A stretch of DNA of 62,447 nucleotides, filler included, from Nemertoderma westbladi (Eukaryota; Animalia; Xenacoelomorpha): NCBI GenBank assembly GCA_032718475.1. It is 3 parts of 3 records of this genome, joined end to end, with 100 filler letters (N's around TTAATTAATTAA, not from the genome) between each part and the next. Parts side by side here need not be neighbours in the genome. Positions count along the whole stretch, not along the records: positions 50,580 to 62,447 come from JAUCBJ010005330.1; 2 more parts are not named here. One strand, 5' to 3'. A program made the position numbers and the translations under genes. This document shows positions 53,186 to 62,447 of the stretch, piece by piece. The notes under the pieces are model-generated. The model did no database searches. It worked only from the letters and a program-made list of their open reading frames with translations, and had not been told where the DNA came from. The stretch's first letter is position 1. Every line of letters begins with the position of its first letter.

Positions 53186-56100
53186 CGCATACTTGTAAAT
53201 TCGTTCAAAAATGCAGAAGAAGTGTAATAATTACATGTTCAACATGTCTATTTTCTAGTAGAGCAAACAAAATTTAAAAAATGCGATCGTTAAATTGTTA
53301 AATTATTATCCAAAATTTTATAGAAATTTAGGTGGTCGTTCACATGTTTCTCCCAACAAGAACTGAATAAATAATAGTTCATTAAAATCGCATTAAAATT
53401 TAACGCGGGAAGGTACTTTTTATTAATGAATATCTTGTATAATTTTCAATCCATGTAAGCGGATTCAATTCCATTACATTATCCACCCGAAAATGGGACC
53501 AGTGGCATTTTACTAATATAGTTGGGGATATGAGATTACCAATAATAATCTCGTCTCATAACCAATTTTTTTTTTGGGGGGGGGGGGGCGACACAAGCCC
53601 TAGAGAGAGATGAGAGGTCAAACCACCACGGAGGGAGAACACAGCTAGTAAAGGCTAGCGGCGGGGGGAAACACTCACAGGGAGTGCCAAAGTGACAATT
53701 AGTATACTAGCCAATAGCAGGGAGGGAAGCACGTGAACAGAGATACGAAAGCATCCACTGGTTACAGAAGGCCAAGTAGAGTAAGAGGTGAAACCAATAT
53801 CTGTGTGTATCAATCATATAACTATTCTGTATTACTGATTTACCGGTCAGTTCATTAATCACAGAGTTGCAGACCAGTCATAGTTTATGACCGTCAGCGC
53901 CACCAATCAATATTTATTACTGATTTTCTGCTGTCATTCTGTATTGTGATATCCATTACATACTGATTCTGTGCTATTATCATTCGGAACATTAACACTG
54001 AGAAACACAAACTCTGTTATTTTCCCCGACGGCCTTCGGCCAAAATCACCATTCACTCAACAGCCCCAGCAGAACGGTGACGCGTACTTTATCTAACCCG
54101 GTCGGGATCTACGATCCTGTTACAGTCATAAACTGCCAGCCTACTAACAAACTGTGACTGCAAGAGGATGAGCAAACAGGAGCCCCAACAGTCAGAGGGA
54201 GAGAGAATGCCGCCGCGGACCCCAGACGACACCAACCAAACGATCCGAGAGGCCGCGACGAGACGGTATCGGCATGCCACACCGGATTCGCCAATGAGGG
54301 ACGATGCGGCTAGCCAAGCGGAGGGCGGCCGTCAACTACGAGGGGGAGAGAGAGACGAGTCGATGCACGATGACGACGGCGGCCGGAGTACCAAAGTCGC
54401 CGGCCAGCCACAGGCCGAGGGCGACGGACGGCCCACCGGAACGGCAACGGTGGGGCTGCCGGTACGATGTCGGACGAGGAGAGAAGGTAGAGTCAATGAA
54501 GAGGACGTCGGGACAAGTGATCGGCTACGATGGGCCTACAATGCCACAAAGAAACTACTCAAAGAGGCTAAGGCGGGGAGAAAGGCAGACCAGCCTAAAC
54601 TATACCAGAGGCTAGGTGAGTCGAATAAATATTTTCGTTAGTTAGTCTGTTTTGGACAGGGAGAACTGGCGAGTGAGAGAGCGAGGGGGGTCGCCACGGA
54701 ACTGTTTGAATTGTGGTGGTCCGGGGTAATGGAGCCAGACGTAGTGTATGTAGGGCCTTACTTAGTGGATGCTAGGGGAATTAAGTTAGTGGGATAGGCG
54801 GACCCGCACGACGGCGAACCCGAGGTTAACCCCGAGGATTCGGTGTCGTCGGTAAGCGAAAACCCTATAAAGTGGGGGAAAATTAGTAGAACAGAGAGGC
54901 AATGGGAGTCCGTAGCGACTGATAAGTCCGCTACATCCTCCGCAAAAGCAAGAAGGGTGATAGAGGTAGATCTGGCATGTCAACTAGACATTGTGTCGCT
55001 GGATCAAAAGGAGTTGGAGAGGCAATTAGATGAGGGAACTGCACTATTGGAGAGGGAGAGAGAGTTAGCGAGAGAATGTAAAGAGAGAGCCGAGAGGGTG
55101 GCAAGAAACTATAGGGAGCGGGAGGAGAGAGAGGTAAAAGAGCACGAGGAGCGGGAGGCGAAAGTAGAGTATGAGCACAAAGAGCGAGAAGCGAGAGAGG
55201 TAGCGAGGGTAGAGAGCAGGAGGCGAGGGAGGCAGAATTGCCCAACCAAAGTTTGAGAGAGGACAGGGGGAGAGAGAGAGAGAGAGAGAGAGCGGGAAAA
55301 CGTATGCTGGATGATATGCATACCCGGTTGAGGGGGCTTATGCAATACCAAGCGAAGCAAAAGCGCCGGTTAGAACTGACAAAGTTGGGATTATCGGAGA
55401 GTGAGGCTGGTTCGGGTAGTATTTACAAGGAACGAGAAGTAATGGAAACCTTTGTTAATACCCCACTTACAGGTACCGGGCGCCAGACCCAGGACTGGTG
55501 TAACCGTACGGGCGGGGGGGGGGGGGGGGGGGGGGGGGGGGGTAATAATACTACGTTAGAAGGAATTAATATTAATAATACCGTAATAGACAACCCTAAT
55601 CAAACCTTTGTTGCAGGAAATAATATTTTACCCAGTAATAATAATTCTAATTTAAATGTGCAAAATAATCCAAATAATGATTCTAATTTAAACGTGCAAA
55701 GTAATCCAAATAACAACCCTAATTCTGACCAAAACAATTTAAATAATTTGTAGATAAGTATAAGAATAAGTAATTTGAGATTATAATACATTGAGTGAGG
55801 CTAAAAAAAATAAAAAAAAAAATTTAAATAATTTAGGTAACAATATTACGCTAGATATTAACACCGAGGAAATTAATCAAAATAATATTATCAATAACAT
55901 AGCAATTAATACAAACGCAGGGGGGACAGGTGGTCCGGCCAGTGAGACCCTGCAAGGCCACGTAGTTATGCAGGGAGTAGTGGGGGTGAGTCAACCCAAC
56001 GAGAGCCAGCAAGGCCGCGCAGTCGCACAGGGAGTAGTGGGGGTGAGTCAACCCAACGGGAGCCTGCAAGGCCATGCAGTGGCACAGGGAGAGGCGGGGG

Positions 56101-57228
56101 TGAGTAGACCCAGCCAGGGTAGAGATAGTGCGTCGACTAGAGCGGGGCATAGAAGCGAAGTAAGAGGTAGCGAAGTAGGAGGTGACGAATGGGGGGGGGG
56201 GGGCTACGGGCACCCCACCACGAGAGATTAGTGGCAAGTGGGGGGGGGCAGAGAATGTCCCACAAGCATCGGCGGACAATGCGCGCGGCGAGTTAGGTGA
56301 ACCACGGCCCCCGACAATGGAGAATAGTAGGGGGATTGCGAGTATCCCCAGGAGCGTCCAACCGGGCAGAGAGAGAGACGTTGGCGCCGTGAGTGGGCGA
56401 GCGAGAAGACGTCGAGCCCAGTCGGAAGACGGAAGAAGAACAGTGGAGTTTATCCGGGAGTTCGAAGCGAGATCTCACGAGGAGGATCACTACACTGAAG
56501 AGAGAAGAAGTGAAGAGAATAGAAGAAGCGTTGCTACGAGCAACCGGAGAGGAAGGACGGACAGTGAACCGTCGGTAGTAGAAATGAAGTTAAAGAGTCG
56601 GTGGGGTCGAACTCTGGGAGATTGCCGTCGCCCCGGAGAGACGCAACCTGGTGAGATATATCACACACCGAGAGAAGGGTACAGGATGTACCGGTGTGAG
56701 GACGAGGACAGGAGAGGGGATCGAAGAGAAACTTCCCGACAGGACATAGCTGCCGATCGAGAGTACGGTGGTCGCGGGGAGGACTTCTTGGAATATTCGA
56801 GAAGATTAAACTTCGGTCCGGAATGATACAGGCATGGAAGAGATTCCATGCTGGAAGAGATAGTGTAGGCGATAGGGTAGTGCGGACAACAGGATTAGAT
56901 CCAGAAGTCACGGCATACATACCGGTAGGTAGGCAAGAAGGGGATAGGCCTATACCAGTACCTGCACACCAGTATGACTATAATATGCAAGGATATAATA
57001 TATACCCAGGGGAGGGGGGAGCTAATGCCGATAGATGTATGGGCCCTAACATGGTAACATCAACCCCATTACCAAATATAACACCGGTGGGGGGGGGGGG
57101 GGGTGGTGCAGGGTGACATTCCCCCATTACAATATCAGCAATACACTCAACCAAGAACAAAAACCCCAGACCCCTTAGACCCAAATAAGTAGTATGACAC
57201 AGAGATATGGAGGGGACCTTTACCCCCG

Positions 57229-58990
57229 ATGATATATCCAACACAGAGGAGGTCGACAGGCCCGACGGGCAAACCACACCTAACAGCAGGGGAGTCTGCA
57301 CAACAACCATCGAACGCGCTAGAAGTACAAGCGATGGGAATGGCAACACTCATCGACGCGCTTAAGACCAGGATCGAGCTACCACCAGTGGAGCCGTTCA
57401 AATTCGTAGGTAGTAAACCAGAGGAATATCTGCAATTCCGGCGTATATACAGTAACGAAATACTAACAAAGAACCTGACGCAGGCGGAGTGCCTAAAATA
57501 CTTACAAGTTTACACAGGGGGGCCAGCATACGACATCGTAAGGCAGTACCAAGGTATCGAAGGTGGATTCACGACTGCATGGCAGGCCCTAGACAGGGAA
57601 TTCGGACATCCTGCTAAGATCATCCGACAAACCTTAAGGGGGATAACATCAGGTGGACTACAGGATAACCCTGTCGGCATCAAGACCTTCGCAAACAAAG
57701 TCGAGAAGGCGCTGATTGTACTAAAGACCTTAGATGCGCCTTACGAACTCAACGCATCGAATAACATCACCATAATAGTGCAGGCACTACTGATCTGGCT
57801 AAGAAACAAGTGGAGAAAGATCGCCTTCTCCACCCGGAAGAAGAAGGGTGCGGAGCCAGGATTAGAGGAGATGTCGAACTTCCTTAACTATGAGGCGGAA
57901 CTAATTACAGACACAGTCTACAGCGAGGACAGTTGGGGGAAGGCACCGAAAGCTGAATACAACAGGCCTAAAGCCGAACATAATCCGGCAGATGCATTCC
58001 CGCGAGTGAGACAGTCGCTACCACATGCAGCCACGCAGGGGACTTGTAGTCCACAGGCAGCTGGAAGTAGGGCCACACCGTGGCAGGGACAGAAACAAAA
58101 CAACAACACGAACAAATATAATCCCAACACCCCCAGTAGGCCGAGTCCAAATAACCAAAACACTAAACCGGTAGATATGAATCTACGCGCTATATGTGAA
58201 GGGCTATACAAGGAATGCTACAATCCAGGATACGAATGTCAATTGCATAGAGATGGAACCCATAAGACCATGAGTTGTAAGCATTGGCAAGTGTTGCCTA
58301 AACAAGATCGGGTAGCCTACGCGGATATAAATGGACTATGTCATCGATGCATGGTAGAAGGACACAGATTCGGAGAGTGTAGAGAAACACCGATAGAATA
58401 CGACGAGACTGATGAGACTGGAGGCCAAACTATGGCTACGAGCACGACAGGAGCAAAGAGAAAGAGGACAGTACTACTCGTGGTAGTACCAGTGAGAATA
58501 ACAGGAAAGGACGGGCTATCGGCCATAACACTAATGTTGGTCGATAGTGGAGCAGCATTCACGTTAATGGAGAGTTCGGTGGCCGAAAGGATAGGGTTAC
58601 AGACGAGGCCTAGCAAGATGGCGGTAACCACTATCTCCAATAAGGACGAGGTCATGAGAATGAGAATGGGGCGTTACGAGATATCAGCGATAACACCAGG
58701 GTGCGGCTATGGGGCTACCATTGAACCCATCCAAATAATAGAATCGATTAATATCAACGCCAAGCAACCGACAAAGATCGAGATAGAGCAATAGCAGTAC
58801 CTGGACAACATCGATTTCTCCGTGCCCGAGCTGGATCTCCCGAAGGTATCTCTCATAATCGGCATGGAGTGCCCGACGGCCCACAAGAGACTACAGACTA
58901 TTTTCGGCGATGACAGGGAGCGAGACCCGATGGCCATTCTCACGCCATTTGGATGGATGCTCACTGGCCCAATTAAGACGAGGACACCCT
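57229..58990 (+). pseudogene. BEL/Pao gag (DUF1759-like, CCHC knuckles) plus aspartic protease, internal TAG at 58792
   Basis: LPPVEPFKFVGS.PEEY..F, LKYLQVYTGGPA, AWQALDREFG, GLCHRC...H...EC, LVDSGA, LIIGMEC, AILTPFGWMLTGP. Confidence 0.88.
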
Positions 58991-59614
58991 GTGTGTGTCC
59001 GAGACATCAGGGTGCATGCTGTCAGGCACTGTTGAGGACGTAGAGGAGAAACCAGAGACGGGCGATGGGGAGGCCCCATGTGAGAAGCGGCCCGGGAAAG
59101 GATACCAGGAGTTGGGTATGAATCTGGAACCACGCATAGTGTAGCGTGGTGAAAGGATAGAGGATAGTTCCAGAGAAATACCGTCGGTAGATGAATTAGG
59201 AGGGGAAGCAACAGCAAGAGAGTGGGCGGAGGAGAATGGATTTCACGTGGAAGACTTAGAGATGATGGGATGGAACAAGGATGTTCCCGGCAAGTATCGG
59301 TATGAGGATGGAGAAGAGTGGATGGCGAGATGTCCGGAGAAGTGTCCGGAGGAGATGCCGGTCCGGTTGAGAGGCATACCGAAAAGGCGGAGGTCAAATA
59401 AGAAGACAGGGTGGAAAGGGATAGGATTACTATTATCCATTCTGTTTTATCTATTCTTCTATCTATCCACAAGATGAAGGGTGGCATTTTGCTGCCAGGG
59501 GACCATGAGGAAATCAAGAAGGCGACCAAAGACCCGATTTTAGGGTGGTGGAGGAGTAAGAATCAATTCCTAGAGAGTTGGAATTGACAAGGAGAGTGGA
59601 GCAAAGGATAAGAG

Positions 59615-60295
59615 TAACTACAGAGGGGTTGTGGGCAGCGAAAGCGCCACGTAGTAAGAGAGTAGAGGGTATGGTATGTAGGTATACCATAGAAGTAGTA
59701 GCAGAGGGGTTGTGGGCACCGAAAGCGCCACGTAGTAAGAGAGTAGAGAGTATGGTATATAGGCATACCATAGAAGTAGTAGTAGAGAGAGTATGGTATA
59801 TAGGCATACCATATAAGTAGTAGTAGAGAGAGTATGGTATATAGGCATACCATAGAAGTAGTAGTAGATAGAGTATGGTATATAGGCATACCATAGAAGT
59901 AGTAGCAGAGAGGTTGTGGGCACCAAAAGCGCCAAGTAGTAAGAGAGTAGAGGGTATGGTATGTAGGTATACCATAGAATTAGTAGCAGAGGGGTTGTGG
60001 GCACCGAAAGCACCACGTAGTAAGAGAGTAGAGGGTATGGTATGTAGATATACCATAGAAGTAGTAGCAGAGGGGTTGTGGGCACTGAAAGCGCCACGTA
60101 AAGAGAGTAGAGGGTATGGTATGTAGGTATACCATAGAAGTAGTAGCAGAGGGGTTGTGGGCACCGAAAGTGCCACGTAGTAAGAGAGTAAAGGTTATGG
60201 TATGTAAGTATACTGTAGAAGTAGTAGCAGAGGGGTTGTAGGCACCGAGAGCGCCATGTAGTAAGAAAGTAAAGGGTATGTAGGCATGTCATAGT
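59615..60295. repeat. ~81-bp tandem repeat with ~40-bp half-unit variants, containing two hairpins
   Basis: GTAGCAGAGGGGTTGTGGGCACCGAAAGCGCCACGTAGTAAGAGAGTAGAGGGTATGGTATGTAGGTATACCATAGAAGTA, about 7 full units plus 3 half units. Confidence 0.9.
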
Positions 60296-60339
60296 AGTAG
60301 TAGGGTTCATAGTATGAAGGAAGTAGGAGGGTAGATAGG

Positions 60340-61335
60340 ATGATAGCACAGACAGGGGGCAACATAGATAAAATTAAAATAAAACTAAGAAAAATTAGCA
60401 CTTTGGGGGTGGTAGAGAACACAGGACATTGTGGAAAAGTGGGGATGGGCCAGCCCATGGGCCTTGTCTGCCACAAGCCGATGGACTGTGGCAAGTTCCG
60501 GGAGGAGCACGGAGCGGGCACAGGACATTGTGGAGCAGTGGCGATGGGCCAGCTCATGGGGCTTTTCTGCCACAAGCCGATGGACTGGGGTAAGTTCCGA
60601 GAGGAGTAGGGAGCGGAACTGGCGAACTCACTGAAATGGGGAGCGAGGCCAGGGAAACAGGAGGTATATCAGTTCCGAAGGGGAGTGATAAAGATATATC
60701 AGAAGAGATATATCCTACAGGAGGATTGGGTAATGATAGGTTTATTAAACGTATTCATGGCCGTGGTTATCGGAAGAGAGCCAACGGCATTTCTGCTATC
60801 AGGAGCACCTCTAAACTACAGGAGAGCCTTTATGGTGGCCTTCGAAGGTCTGGTAGACCACCCGGGGCTGAAGGGCAAGTCGGTGTACTACGATAGCTGG
60901 CACCTAGTAGAAAGAGAGGTGGACGCACCGTACAAGAGGTGGGAGAAGCTGGAAGCAGATAGAATCGAGGAGAAGAGGCTGGAGGAAATCGCCAGGCGTG
61001 AGAGGAGGGAAGTAGGCGAGAGAGAGGCTGATATGAGGGGAGAGGAGTATGGGTTCGAAGCCCAGGACTTGGACGAGCTAAGGTGGGGATCAGGGAGCTC
61101 GGGTGAGTTTCTGAGAAAGGAGCTGGGATGGACGGAGGGATCACCAAAACAGTCGACATCGGCATTGCAAGTGATGCCCATACCAGGGGGCTCCGAGGGC
61201 TATTTTGCAAGGAAGAGACCAAGGAAGCAGGAAGGGTGGAAAGTTACGGGTGGAAACCGAGGCGGAGTTTCAAGTTTCAAGTTTATTCATTTCTTGTGCC
61301 ACTGTCAACATTGCACAAAAAAAAACATATGGTAA
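60340..61335 (+). pseudogene. Unknown accessory reading frame in the BEL derivative, interrupted by one TAG (60607-60609)
   Basis: ORFs 60340-60609 and 60685-61335 share a frame; duplicated Cys/His block and a charged coiled-coil-like segment; no family recognised. Confidence 0.35.
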
Positions 61336-61499
61336 TTTAAATATTGTGAAGCATTGCCCAAACTAATAGCAGAAAGCTAGTGCCGTGAGGGCGATGGTTC
61401 CATTGGCAGTAGAGAGGGGGGGGGGGGGGGGGGGGGGGGGGCGTTTGCTAGTGTATTTTTTTATATAGATTGGCACTGAGTGAAAAGTCAATCAATATT

Positions 61500-62447
61500 C
61501 CTTTTGCCGGTTTAATTGGGGTCAAAGAATTAACAAGTCGAGAATAAGAATTTTTTCTAGAAAGCAGAAAATGATGGTTTTGATTTTTTTATCCTAATGT
61601 CAAGTAGCACAGAGTTCCAGATGGCAGGACCTCGAAAACTCGTTGTCATCTTCCTCCCTAGCTGGGAGTGGATTTGGACCCGGTAGCCCGGTAGATCCAC
61701 TGTGCCCCTTTCCGCTCCCTTGATCATAAAAAAAGCCTTTGACACCGTGGACCACAAGATTCTTATACGGAAGCTTGAAGCCTACGGTGTCGGAGCGTTA
61801 CGTTGGGTCGTTGGGAGTTTCCGGAACGTTGGGAGGAGATAAGCCTGAAAAGCGGGTTGTATAATCACCTCGGGCAGAAGAACGAGTATTGTAGTTGTGT
61901 GAAATGGAACATTTGCTGAAAAGTTTGCCTAGAGTGGAGCAGGTTGAGATTGTGTGAGAATGAATATCATACATGAAGTTGGTGACAGTGAGATCGTATA
62001 GTTTGTTAAGAGGTAAAATTTTGAGTTCTTTGTAAAGTGGTAACGCTGACGATTGATAGTGGGAGCATATAATGCAGCGTATCAGTTTATTAATTTTAAT
62101 GCGTAAAGTTTTGAGTATCGATTTATCGGAGCTGCCCCATAGAATAATGCCGTAGTTGATGTATGGGTGAATTAGGAGAAGTAGAGTGTCCTGAGAATGT
62201 GTAAGGAAAAAATATGGCGTAGCTTGTAAAATATTCCAGAAGATTGAGAGATTTTTTAAGGATATAATTTATGTGTGTTTTCCACCTGAGTTTTGAATCC
62301 AGCCAGATGCCTAGTAATTTTGTGTTGTCGGTAATTTGTATAGAGGAGTTATTAATTTCGATTGTGCATAAACGATTGTCATTATTTAAGATATGGTTTG
62401 TAAATAGAGTATATTCGGTTGAGTTGAGATTTAATTGAGTATTAGTT
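61500..62447 (-). mobile_element. CR1/L2-type LINE 3' remnant with an inverted RT fragment
   Basis: Minus strand reads TKLLGIWLDSKL.W..HI, PYINYGIILWG and SFRGPAIWN; plus strand ~61725-61795 reads KKAFDTVDHKILIRKLEAYGV. Confidence 0.8.

Larger units (their letters stand above)
53589..61443 (+). mobile_element. BEL/Pao-derived LTR element lacking RT/RNase H/integrase (boundaries inferred)
   Basis: Purine-rich plus strand between two poly-G runs; contains BEL gag-protease, tandem repeats and an extra ORF. Confidence 0.6.

Noticed and set aside
58405-58432. CTGATGAG hammerhead core
   Set aside because: No stem II or GAAA partner; lies inside gag coding sequence

Overview
This is AT-rich, repeat-dense eukaryotic DNA, most likely from an invertebrate animal. 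It is not prokaryotic, and no CRISPR array, operon or rRNA is present. Three contigs are joined by two 100-nt N-linkers that carry an artificial TTAATTAATTAA spacer (21682-21781, 50480-50579). Three housekeeping genes are recognisable: CNOT2 (minus strand, two exons, the second missed by the ORF track), intronless RIOK2 and intronless PDAP1. The rest is transposon and satellite DNA: five minus-strand RTE-clade LINE fragments, a near-complete but disrupted Mag-like Ty3/Gypsy element inside a 22-bp satellite, a BEL/Pao gag-protease-only derivative with hairpin repeats and an unknown ORF, a DINE-1/HINE-like rolling-circle element, a nest of at least five TIR elements in a (GTAGGY)n tract, a tRNA-Leu/Nin-Deu-like SINE, Penelope and CR1/L2 remnants, and several satellites. 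I see no clear-cut new enzymatic system. The best candidates for novelty are the BEL derivative, the short palindromic micro-insertion signature and the unusual transposon junctions. All family assignments come from motif recognition by eye, not from database searches.
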